Assembly: GCA_029261065.1 (NCBI GenBank)
Contig: JAJDCB010000011.1
Coordinates: 111,168 to 175,167 of the forward strand
Length of the DNA stretch: 64,000 bases
From: Candidatus Omnitrophota bacterium
Lineage (GTDB): Bacteria; Omnitrophota; Gorgyraeia; Zapsychrales; Zapsychraceae
Direction of reading: 5' to 3'
In this document: in pieces, positions 43,571-51,466 of the stretch
How the letters are laid out: every line of letters begins with the position of its first letter
How positions within the stretch are numbered: position 1 is the stretch's first letter
Program-made: the position numbers and the translations under genes
Notes under the pieces: model-generated
Database searches by the model: none
What the model was told of the DNA's origin: nothing
The model's input: the letters and a program-made list of their open reading frames with translations, nothing else

Positions 43571-45049
43571 CTATTTCTTGGTTAGTCGGTAAAGGTTGTT
43601 GGTATATATAAGATTATGATATGCCCCTTTGTACCATCCTTCTGAGATTTGTTCTCCGACATAATTCAGATTGTAGTGTTCTTTAACAAAATTGGAAAAT
43701 TTGTGTTCGAGATCATAAGAACTTAAACTGAGTGCCGTGATATATACAGGTATGTTTGACTCAAGGTTTTCATCAACACTTTTTTTAAAGTCATCAAGCA
43801 TATGCTCCTTTATAGTATATGCAAGAGGACGGCCAAGGACAGCACGGTTACCATAATAACTATAGAATTTAGAATTGTCCGTTATGATTATTTTAGCATT
43901 TTCTTCAGTTGAGTCAGTTACCCAACGGACAAATTCTGGAAGAATAGCATTTTGGTTACGAATATACAAAATAGGATGCGCGCTTGAAAAGAGATATAAG
44001 AAAATGGCAAGGTAACATACGTAGGCAGGTAACTTTGTAAAAAAAGAAAATTCAGTCATTTTTTTGTAAAACATTCCTTGTGCTATGAACAAGGGGGGGA
44101 GAATGATAGCTAAGAAACGGGGGGCAGAGGTGATAAGGTTTCCATAAAAGAGAAGGGGAACGATTGTCCAAAGCAATAAGAATAGAGATAATTTATAATT
44201 GGTTTTAAAAAGAATGATAAATCCAAGACATGAAAAGATTAATCCAACAAGAGTTGTCGTCTCAGTTAAATAGGTTAGTGAGATGAATAAAATAGGTGAT
44301 AAGAAGCCCATAAAGTTTTGTTTCAATCCTGATTCCCAAAATGTAGAGAATTGTCCGTAGAACAAGTTTCGCGATTTAGTTAAAAGATAGGGGGCATGAA
44401 ATAGAGCAGCAATAACAAAAGCGATGGCAAAGAATTGCAGGAGATGTTTCCAATGTATTTTGTCTTTTTTAAGAAGCAAGAAAAGTGAGGCTAACGGAAT
44501 GATCATCAAAATCATATCTTGTACGCGAGCCGCCCCCATTAAACCGAAAAAAATACTACCCCAAAGCAGAAGACGTTTGTTTCTATTTTCAAAGTAATAA
44601 ATCAAACAAAGGATGCACAAAAAAAGCAAAAACAAACTGGGTGTATGGCTTTTTCCGTAAACGGATAATCCAAGAAAGATGGGTGAGATAGAGAATGTGA
44701 CAGCGCCAAGGAGAGCAGAAAAGGGGTCTGATAGTTTTTTGGCGATGAAATAAAAAAGAGGAATACTTAAGGCGCTTAAAACGACACTCATAAGATTTAC
44801 ACTAAAGACAGGGTCATCAATAGAAAAAAGACGTGTTAGAAAAATAAAAAATGAACCGAGAATAACGGTTAAAGGGTAACCAGGTCCGAAAAGATAGTGA
44901 AGTTGAAAGGTGTCTAATGTTTTCTCGGCATTAATGGCTAAATTGAGACAGTCAAGATGGAAGGGGCCTTTACTTATGAGATGAAGGCGGAGTAGGAGGC
45001 TTAAAAAAAATAGAATAAATGGAATCGTATATTTTTTAAGTGATGTCAT
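43571..45049 (-). CDS. Polytopic membrane protein, probable GT-C glycosyltransferase (ArnT/PMT GT39/GT83-like)
   Basis: 492 aa with more than 10 TM helices. The N-terminal LLRLHLISKGPFHLDCLNLAINAEKT lies where ArnT/PMT enzymes carry the DE(A) loop. The assignment rests on topology plus genomic context next to the GT2 gene. Confidence 0.5.
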   Translation of the reverse strand: MTSLKKYTIPFILFFLSLLLRLHLISKGPFHLDCLNLAINAEKTLDTFQLHYLFGPGYPLTVILGSFFIFLTRLFSIDDPVFSVNLMSVVLSALSIPLFYFIAKKLSDPFSALLGAVTFSISPIFLGLSVYGKSHTPSLFLLFLCILCLIYYFENRNKRLLLWGSIFFGLMGAARVQDMILMIIPLASLFLLLKKDKIHWKHLLQFFAIAFVIAALFHAPYLLTKSRNLFYGQFSTFWESGLKQNFMGFLSPILFISLTYLTETTTLVGLIFSCLGFIILFKTNYKLSLFLLLWTIVPLLFYGNLITSAPRFLAIILPPLFIAQGMFYKKMTEFSFFTKLPAYVCYLAIFLYLFSSAHPILYIRNQNAILPEFVRWVTDSTEENAKIIITDNSKFYSYYGNRAVLGRPLAYTIKEHMLDDFKKSVDENLESNIPVYITALSLSSYDLEHKFSNFVKEHYNLNYVGEQISEGWYKGAYHNLIYTNNLYRLTKK

Positions 45050-45068
45050 TGATACCTAATCTAAGAAA

Positions 45069-45155
45069 TGGTGCTGGAGGAGGGAATCGAACCCTCATGG
45101 CCTTGCGACCGCTGGATTTTGAATCCAGTGCGTCTACCAATTTCACCACTCCAGC
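45069..45155 (-). tRNA. tRNA-Leu (anticodon CAA), class II with long variable arm, CCA encoded
   Basis: The reverse complement reads GCTGGAGTGGTGAAATTGGTAGACGCACTGGATTCAAAATCCAGCGGTCGCAAGGCCATGAGGGTTCGATTCCCTCCTCCAGCACCA. It has a 7-bp acceptor stem, anticodon loop UUCAAAA, T-loop GGTTCGATTCC, and is 87 nt long. Confidence 0.85.
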
Positions 45156-45330
45156 GATAATACTCTATTTCTTGCAAATCGCTGGAATCCTTCGAAGCTC
45201 AAACACGAAAGTATTTGAGCGAAGTAGGATCCAGCAACCTATATATTACATTATTGTAAAGTTTGCAATTTTGCTACACTTAAATACTTTCGTGTTTGAG
45301 CTTCGAAGAACGAGCAATCTATAAGCTACA

Positions 45331-45585
45331 TTATTGTAAAGGATGCAACAACCTCTTTTTAAGAAATGCAAACCCAGAACCAGATTTCAAATATCTTTCC
45401 AAATCAGCTGCTAATTTTTTATTCTTAAGAGCAATATACGTTTCAATCTCCCAGGGAGAGTAGCGTTTGCTAAAAATTACTTTATTACTGTTGTGTTCTT
45501 TTATACGTTTTTCTAAATCTTGAGTGAATCCAATATAAATTTGTCCGGTTTGTTTTAAGCTTTTTAGAATGTAAACGTAGTACAT
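45331..45585 (-). CDS. GIY-YIG nuclease superfamily protein (small, stand-alone)
   Basis: MYYVYILKSLKQTGQIYIGFTQDLEKRIKEHN carries the GIY...YIG motifs and the conserved R and E. Shortened from the 105-aa track ORF to the ATG preceding YVYIL. Confidence 0.7.
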   Translation of the reverse strand: MYYVYILKSLKQTGQIYIGFTQDLEKRIKEHNSNKVIFSKRYSPWEIETYIALKNKKLAADLERYLKSGSGFAFLKKRLLHPLQ

Positions 45586-45672
45586 TTTTGCCTTTTTGAT
45601 GTAATTTGTAAAGGGGCAATGTAATACGCGTAATTTTTGATAGAGCAACTAGCTTATTTTTGTTCAAATAGA

Positions 45673-46075
45673 GCAAGAGCTCTTCTACGTTCCAATACTT
45701 TCGTGTTGGAACTACGAAGAAGCATTCTCTACGCTCAAATTATTAAATTAGAAGGACTTGTTTCTTCGAAGCTGAAACATATGCGTGCAATGCGTAACCT
45801 TAATATTCGCAAGAGCTCTTCTACGTTCCAATACTTTCGTGTTGGAACTACGAAGAAGCATTCTCTACGCTCAAATTACTAAATTAGAAGGACTTGTTTC
45901 TTCGAAGCTGAAACATATGCGTGCAATGCGTAACCTTAATATTCGCAAGAGTTCTTCTACGTTCCAATACTTTCGTGTTGGAACTACGAAGAAGCATTCT
46001 CTACGCTCAAATTACTAAATTAGAAGGACTTGTTTCTTCGAAGCTCAAACACGGAAGTATTTGAGCGTAGAAGAA
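45673..46075. repeat. Tandem repeat, ~136-bp unit x ~3 copies, abutting the 3' end of tRNA-Ala
   Basis: Units start at 45673, 45809 and 45945 with GCAAGAGCTCTTCTACGTTCCAATACTTTCGTGTTGGAACTACGAAGAAGCATTCTCTACGCTCAAATTACTAAATTAGAAGGACTTGTTTCTTCGAAGCTGAAACATATGCGTGCAATGCGTAACCTTAATATTC. Each unit carries a GTTCCAA...TTGGAAC hairpin. The last unit diverges into CTTCGAAGCTCAAACACGGAAGTATTTGAGCG, which also occurs in inverted pairs at 45190-45305. Confidence 0.8.
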
Positions 46076-46148
46076 TGGACCCGAGGGGGTTCGAACCCCT
46101 GACTTCTACAATGCCATTGTAGCACTCTCCCAACTGAGCTACGGGCCC
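46076..46148 (-). tRNA. tRNA-Ala (anticodon GGC), CCA not encoded
   Basis: The reverse complement reads GGGCCCGTAGCTCAGTTGGGAGAGTGCTACAATGGCATTGTAGAAGTCAGGGGTTCGAACCCCCTCGGGTCCA. It has the G3:U70 Ala identity pair, anticodon loop AUGGCAU and T-loop GGTTCGAAC. Confidence 0.8.
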
Positions 46149-46252
46149 AAATAAAGTCTTTTTTTTTGCAGCATATATCCGAATGATGGATCAATATATC
46201 ATCGCCGCTAGTTCTTGTCAACTTTATCAGGGGTGGTGGTGATATGCTAATC

Positions 46253-46373
46253 TTGTGAGCTCACGGTGCCAGCGAGGCACAGTATTCCAGGCGAGTTACG
46301 ACCCCGCCATAGAAAGGCGGGGGAGTTGTTTGAGCTTGGAATATTGTGCCTCGCTGGCACCGTGAGCTCACAA
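46253..46373. repeat. 121-nt near-perfect palindrome with a nested GC hairpin; candidate structured RNA or regulatory/recombination site
   Basis: Left arm TTGTGAGCTCACGGTGCCAGCGAGGCACAGTATTCCAGG and right arm CTTGGAATATTGTGCCTCGCTGGCACCGTGAGCTCACAA form ~38-bp arms with 2 mismatches. The ~43-nt spacer holds CCCCGCCATAGAAAGGCGGGGG. The mirror ORFs at 46261-46451 on both strands are artefacts of this symmetry. Confidence 0.7.
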
Positions 46374-46425
46374 AAGGGCGGTATGTTGCGCGTGTCATTA
46401 CAGTCAACCTGTTATTTGAATTTGG

Positions 46426-46454
46426 TTGACAATGAAATTGGTACACGTTAAAAT
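46426..46454 (+). promoter_or_regulatory. Sigma70-like promoter for the cysteine desulfurase gene
   Basis: TTGACA (46426-31), a 17-nt spacer, then TAAAAT (46449-54). The RBS AAGGAAT lies ~8 nt before the ATG at 46483. Confidence 0.45.
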
Positions 46455-46482
46455 TGAGTCGATTTTAATTAAGGAATAGTCT

Positions 46483-47622
46483 ATGGAAAAAATATATTTT
46501 GATTATGCGGCCACCACGCCAACCGACCCCGAAGTGATTAAGGCGATGCAACCCTATTTTTTTGAACACTTTGGGAACGCTTCAAGTCCCCACTCTATTG
46601 GGCGGGAATCTCAAAAGGCCTTGGAAGATGCTAGAGGGGTTGTTTCTCAATTTGTGGGAGCTAATCCTAATGATATCGTTTTTAATTCTGGGGCCACGGA
46701 AGGTAATAATCATGCGATTAGTGGGATTGTTTACCATGCGATGGATCGGGGAAATCATATTGTTGTGTGTTCAGCAGAACATCATTCTGTACTCGTACCA
46801 ATCGAACAATTACAACGGGATGGTTTTAAAGTCACGTATTTGCCCGTTGATTCAAATGGGCTTGTTGATCCTGCATCGGTCAAAGCGGCTATAAATGATC
46901 AAACTATCTTGATTGCTGTCATGCATGCCAACAATGAAGTGGGTAGTATTCAACCTATTAAAGAGATAAGCGTCATTGCCAAAGAAAGAAATATTCCTTT
47001 CTTAGTTGATGCTTGTCAGAGCGTGGGTCATTTGTCTTTGGATGTTAATGAATTGGGTTGCGATCTATTAACTTTTTCGGCACATAAATTTTATGGGCCT
47101 AAGGGTGTTGGCGCAATATATATAAGAGAAGGTATTAAGGTTTCTTCATTTTTGTTGGGAGGTGATCAAGAAAGAGATCGGCGGGCCTCTACACAAAATA
47201 TTTCGGCCATAGTTGGGATGGCAAAGGCCATCGAGCTTTGTAAAGATGAGTTGTTAACAGAGTATGCACGAGAAGAAAAAATGCGTGACAGGCTTATTGA
47301 AGAAATACCAAAACGGATTGATGGGGTTAAGGTTAATGGCGATTTGAAAAACCGTTTAGCGAACAACGCACATTTTTCTTTTGAAAATCTTGAGGGCGAA
47401 TCCTTATTAATGAGTTTGGATATGCAAGGTATTTGTGCCTCAATGGGATCAGCATGCACATCCGGTGCGATGGAACCATCGCATGTGTTACGGGCTATGG
47501 GATTAGATGATGCTCTTGCTTATGGATCGTTACGGATTACGCTGGGGCGATGGACAACGGATGAGAATATTGATTTTTTACTAGAGCAGTTGCCGCAATT
47601 GGTGGGAAGTTTACGTTTGTAA
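46483..47622 (+). CDS. iscS: Cysteine desulfurase (NifS/IscS family, class V aminotransferase)
   Basis: IYFDYAATTP at the N-terminus, the PLP-lysine block SAHKFYGPKGVGAIY and the active-site loop MGSACTSG. 379 aa. Confidence 0.85.
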   Translation: MEKIYFDYAATTPTDPEVIKAMQPYFFEHFGNASSPHSIGRESQKALEDARGVVSQFVGANPNDIVFNSGATEGNNHAISGIVYHAMDRGNHIVVCSAEHHSVLVPIEQLQRDGFKVTYLPVDSNGLVDPASVKAAINDQTILIAVMHANNEVGSIQPIKEISVIAKERNIPFLVDACQSVGHLSLDVNELGCDLLTFSAHKFYGPKGVGAIYIREGIKVSSFLLGGDQERDRRASTQNISAIVGMAKAIELCKDELLTEYAREEKMRDRLIEEIPKRIDGVKVNGDLKNRLANNAHFSFENLEGESLLMSLDMQGICASMGSACTSGAMEPSHVLRAMGLDDALAYGSLRITLGRWTTDENIDFLLEQLPQLVGSLRL

Positions 47623-47632
47623 GTTATCGCAC

Positions 47633-47693
47633 GGATCCCCGCTTTCGTGGGGATGACAAGGCTTTCTGTCATTCCCGCGAAAGCGGGGATCAC
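47633..47693. repeat. REP-like palindromic doublet (copy 3), between iscS and birA
   Basis: GGATCCCCGCTTTCGTGGGGATGACA ... GTCATTCCCGCGAAAGCGGGGATCAC. Confidence 0.7.
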
Positions 47694-47699
47694 TTAATC

Positions 47700-48653
47700 A
47701 TGAAAATAAAAATTCTTCAACATCTCAAAAATACCTCCACCCACATCTCCGGTGAACAGATAAGTAAACAGCTTAAGATTAGCCGTAGTGCGATCTGGAA
47801 AAATATTGAAGAACTTCGTAAAGACGGTTATCTCATCGAGGCCACACCACATTTAGGTTACACCCTTAAATCCATTCCTGATAAACTTCTCGCCCATGAA
47901 ATTCAAGATCAACTTCAAACTAAGTTTGTTGGAAAAAATTTTGTATGGCATGATTCTTTAGAATCCACCATGAGTCTAGCCTTCAAACTAGGCTTAGAAG
48001 GCGCCCAAGAAGGCACAGTTGTGTGCGCAGAAGGGCAAACCAAAGGGAAAGGGCGTTTAGGTCGTGTATGGAACTCTCCAAAAAGAAAGGGCATTTACCT
48101 TTCAATCATTTTACGACCATCTCTTAGTCTTCAAGATGTTTCTAAGTTAACACTTTTAACAGCCGTTGCTCTATGTGAAGCTATCACTAAACAAACACGT
48201 TTATCCGGGTTTATTAAATGGCCCAATGATATATTAATGAATCAGAAAAAAGTTTCTGGAATTCTAACAGAATTGCATGCTGAGCTTGATCAAGTGCGGT
48301 TTGTTGTTATTGGTATTGGGATTAATGTTAATGCATCACTGCAACAATTGCCTGAAAATGCAACATCTCTTAAATGCGAGAAGGGGGATGCGATTAATCG
48401 GATTGCTTTAACACAAGAGGTCTTAAGGTATGTTGAAAATTGGTATGAACATGTTTTAGAACATGGCTTTGATTTAATCATGAAAAGATGGAAAGAATTG
48501 TCTTTAACGATTGGTCATCAAATTGAATTTGTTGATCAAAATGGAAAGGTTCGTGGTAAGGCTATTGATGTTGATGAGTATGGAGGTTTGATTATTGAGG
48601 ATCATTCAGGAATAAGGGTTAAAAAAATGTCGGGTGAAGTCATTCAACTTTAG
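47700..48653 (+). CDS. birA: Bifunctional biotin--[acetyl-CoA-carboxylase] ligase and biotin-operon repressor BirA
   Basis: N-terminal HTH (ISGEQISKQLKISRSAIWKNIEELRKDGY), the ligase core GRLGRVWNSP...KWPNDIL and a C-terminal SH3-like tail. Confidence 0.85.
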   Translation: MKIKILQHLKNTSTHISGEQISKQLKISRSAIWKNIEELRKDGYLIEATPHLGYTLKSIPDKLLAHEIQDQLQTKFVGKNFVWHDSLESTMSLAFKLGLEGAQEGTVVCAEGQTKGKGRLGRVWNSPKRKGIYLSIILRPSLSLQDVSKLTLLTAVALCEAITKQTRLSGFIKWPNDILMNQKKVSGILTELHAELDQVRFVVIGIGINVNASLQQLPENATSLKCEKGDAINRIALTQEVLRYVENWYEHVLEHGFDLIMKRWKELSLTIGHQIEFVDQNGKVRGKAIDVDEYGGLIIEDHSGIRVKKMSGEVIQL

Positions 48654-48662
48654 AATTGATTT

Positions 48663-49802
48663 ATGAAAAAAGAAAATTTAAAACGAACGTTGCGAAAGGT
48701 TAAGGGAGCTCAGGATCGTACTATCGTTCTTGAAGGAAAAGAGCTTCTTAATTTTTGTTCGAATAATTATTTAGGATTAGCAAATGACAAACGTCTTTTA
48801 AAAGCAGCGCAAGAAAGTATGAAAACGGAAGGTTTCGGAGCTGGAGCTTCAAGATTGGTTTGTGGTAATATGGCTGCTCATCAGGAACTTGAGGAGAAGA
48901 TGTGTCAGTTTAAAAAAAGCGAAGGGTGCCTTGTCTTTAGTAGTGGCTACATGGCCAATATCGGCATTATCTCAGCGTTGTTTTCTAAAGACGACATTAT
49001 TTTCTCAGATCGTCTTAATCATGCCTCGATAGTTGATGGTATTAAGTTAAGCGGTGCGAAATTTAAACGTTATCCTCACTCTGATATGAAGGCGCTTGAG
49101 AAAATGCTTAAAGAATTTAAGGAGATCAAACGAAAAGTAATTATTACGGATAGTATTTTTAGTATGGATGGCGATATTGCCCCACTTGATGAGATTGTCA
49201 GGCTTGCTAAGAAATATAAAAGTTTAGTGATGATTGATGAGGCGCATGCCTTAGGCGTGATTGGAAAAAATGGAAGAGGGTTAGCTGAGCATTTTGATGT
49301 TGAGAAAGATATTGATATTCAGATGGGTACTTTCTCAAAAGCTGTTGGATCTTTTGGAGCTTATTGTTGTGGCAAAAAGGAATTGATGGATGAATTAATT
49401 AATAAAGCGAGAAGCTTTATCTATACAACGGGCTTACCTCCAGCAGTTTGTGCCGCGTCGTCTAAGGGGATTGATATTATTCAACAAGAAGAAGCGTTAA
49501 GAAAGAAATTGTGGGATAATACTTACTTCATTCGAGGAGAGTTAACAAGTGCGGGATTTGACACGCAATATTCTCAAACACCTATTATTCCTATTGTTGT
49601 TAAAGACTCCGATCTTGCTTTAGAGTTTTCAAAGAGATTAGTGAAAGAAGGCGTTTTTATAAGCGCCATACGGCCTCCGACGGTTCCAAATAATACTGCA
49701 CGCATGCGTTTGTCGATTACGGCGAAGCATACTAAAGATGATTGTGAAAAAGTTGTTGAGGTGTTGAAAAAAGTTGGTGGAGAATTGAAAATTATTAATT
49801 AA
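48663..49802 (+). CDS. bioF: 8-amino-7-oxononanoate synthase (KAPA synthase)
   Basis: NNYLGLANDKRL, GAGASRLVCG and the PLP-Lys block GTFSKAVGSFG. 379 aa. Confidence 0.85.
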   Translation: MKKENLKRTLRKVKGAQDRTIVLEGKELLNFCSNNYLGLANDKRLLKAAQESMKTEGFGAGASRLVCGNMAAHQELEEKMCQFKKSEGCLVFSSGYMANIGIISALFSKDDIIFSDRLNHASIVDGIKLSGAKFKRYPHSDMKALEKMLKEFKEIKRKVIITDSIFSMDGDIAPLDEIVRLAKKYKSLVMIDEAHALGVIGKNGRGLAEHFDVEKDIDIQMGTFSKAVGSFGAYCCGKKELMDELINKARSFIYTTGLPPAVCAASSKGIDIIQQEEALRKKLWDNTYFIRGELTSAGFDTQYSQTPIIPIVVKDSDLALEFSKRLVKEGVFISAIRPPTVPNNTARMRLSITAKHTKDDCEKVVEVLKKVGGELKIIN

Positions 49803-49829
49803 TAAAAGGGAAGTAATTTCCAAGTTACA

Positions 49830-50660
49830 TTGCCCGAAAGGTTCGCAACATTGCCAGAATTTAAAACACAATCCGGTATCACCTGGAATTTTATTCACGA
49901 AGGAACGGGCGAAGCTCTCGTTTTTATTCATGGTTGGGGTATGGATGGTCGCATATGGCGTCAGCAGATAAAACATTTTTCAGAAAAGTTTCAGGTGATT
50001 TCTCTAGATTTACCGGGTCATGGTAAGAGCAGTTGGCAAAAAGTTGATTTAAAAACAATGGTGATGGACATTAAGAAGTTGCTTGAGGCGCTAGAGATAA
50101 AGAAGGTAAATTTTGTTGGGAGCTCACTTGGTGGTTTGGTTATGCTTAAATATTATGAAGCGTTCCCGAAAGACGTTTCCCGAATGATCTTTGTGGGATC
50201 TATGCCGAAGTTTTCTAAATCAGAAGATTATCCTTTCGGACTTGATGTTCCTAAAATGAGAAAGTTAGGCGATCAGGTTGAGGATGCTTATCCAGCGATT
50301 GTCGATGTCTTTTTTCGTTCGCTTTTTACACGAGAAGAAAGAGAGTCCCGACGTTTTAAATGGATGCAAAAGTTTCGACGTACCACCGATGCCCCTATGC
50401 AGGCATCCTTAATTGAATATCTTGATATTTTAGAACAAGAAGATTTAAGAAATGTTTTACCAACAATTGCAGTTCCCGCGCAATTTATGAATGGCCGTGA
50501 AGATCAGATTTGTACCTTTGATGCGGTTGAGTTTATCAAAACGTTATTACCACAAGCCCATTATCATTATTTTGAGAAGTGTGGTCATTTCCCTTTTCTT
50601 AGCAAGGCTTACGAATTTAATGAAGTATTAGATCAGTTTATCCTGGAATCAAAAACATGA
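49830..50660 (+). CDS. bioH: Pimeloyl-[ACP] methyl ester esterase BioH-like alpha/beta hydrolase
   Basis: LVFIHGWGMDGRIWRQQ...LDLPGHGKS, nucleophile elbow VGSSLGG, and the late His in KCGHFPFL. The start is TTG, so uncertain. Confidence 0.7.
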   Translation: MPERFATLPEFKTQSGITWNFIHEGTGEALVFIHGWGMDGRIWRQQIKHFSEKFQVISLDLPGHGKSSWQKVDLKTMVMDIKKLLEALEIKKVNFVGSSLGGLVMLKYYEAFPKDVSRMIFVGSMPKFSKSEDYPFGLDVPKMRKLGDQVEDAYPAIVDVFFRSLFTREERESRRFKWMQKFRRTTDAPMQASLIEYLDILEQEDLRNVLPTIAVPAQFMNGREDQICTFDAVEFIKTLLPQAHYHYFEKCGHFPFLSKAYEFNEVLDQFILESKT

Positions 50661-51454
50661 AAATAGTTTCTCCCTTAAAATTGATTGATGCTAAGGTTCG
50701 CGAGGCGTTTTCTGATGCGGCCATTCAATATGACGTCTTGTCATCGTTGCATCGTGAAATTGGTCGTGAATTAACTAAAAGACTGGTTACAGAAAAACCA
50801 TGCAAGGCTCTGTTAGATGTTGGTTCAGGTACCGGGTGGATGACGAACAGGATGTCGAATGTTTTCGCTGATGCCAAAGTTGTTGGTCTTGATCATGCTC
50901 CGGGGATGATAAAGCAAGCAAAAGAAAAATATGAAGGTTTAACATTTGTTGAGGCAAATGCAAATAAGTTGCCTTTTAAAGCGGATACTTTTGATATCAT
51001 CACATCTAATTTAGCTTACCAATGGATTGGTAATTTAAGAGAAGGTTTTAAGGAGTGTTTTGATAAGTTAGCGGATGAAGGGTTGTTGTGTTTAACGATG
51101 TTTGGTCATGAAACGTTTAAGGAATTGTTTCAAACTTTAGAAGAGGTTTCTCCACGAAAAGAAGATCAGTTGCCCATTGTGCGATTAGCCCGATGGCAAG
51201 ATGTTCGATCGACTTTAAACGAAGTTGGTTTTAAAGAGGTTAGTGTTGAATGCGAACAGATAAAAGTGCGGTTTCATGATATGTTGAGTTTGATTAAGTG
51301 GATTAAGGAGATAGGGGCGAATGCCCTAACGCGTGATTTTTTTGTAGGCAAAGATTTATTAAAAAGAGCGAGCGAACATTACAATCATGTTTATAAAGAT
51401 CGTTTAGGGGTTTATGCAACATTTGAGGTTATTTGGGTTAAGGGGTGTAAGTAA
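50657..51454 (+). CDS. bioC: Malonyl-[ACP] O-methyltransferase BioC
   Basis: Motif I LLDVGSGTGWMT and ...FDIITSNLAYQWI. Overlaps bioH by 4 nt. 265 aa. Confidence 0.8.
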   Translation: MKIVSPLKLIDAKVREAFSDAAIQYDVLSSLHREIGRELTKRLVTEKPCKALLDVGSGTGWMTNRMSNVFADAKVVGLDHAPGMIKQAKEKYEGLTFVEANANKLPFKADTFDIITSNLAYQWIGNLREGFKECFDKLADEGLLCLTMFGHETFKELFQTLEEVSPRKEDQLPIVRLARWQDVRSTLNEVGFKEVSVECEQIKVRFHDMLSLIKWIKEIGANALTRDFFVGKDLLKRASEHYNHVYKDRLGVYATFEVIWVKGCK

Positions 51455-51466
51455 CCGGTTTGTTAT

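Noticed and set aside
45040-46018. ORFs 45040-45324, 45637-45882 and 45785-46018 (+) in the tRNA interval
   Set aside because: They overlap tRNA-Leu or are repeated translations of the 136-bp tandem units (identical peptides). Not coding.
45673-46075. Possible CRISPR array (regular ~136-bp periodicity near tRNAs)
   Set aside because: The units are near-identical over the whole 136 bp, with no unique spacers, no short direct repeats of CRISPR size and no cas genes nearby. It is a tandem (satellite-like) repeat.
46261-46451. Mirror-image 61-aa ORFs on both strands (46261-46446 -, 46266-46451 +)
   Set aside because: They are produced by the 121-nt palindrome; symmetric ORFs on both strands are a signature of inverted-repeat DNA, not coding.
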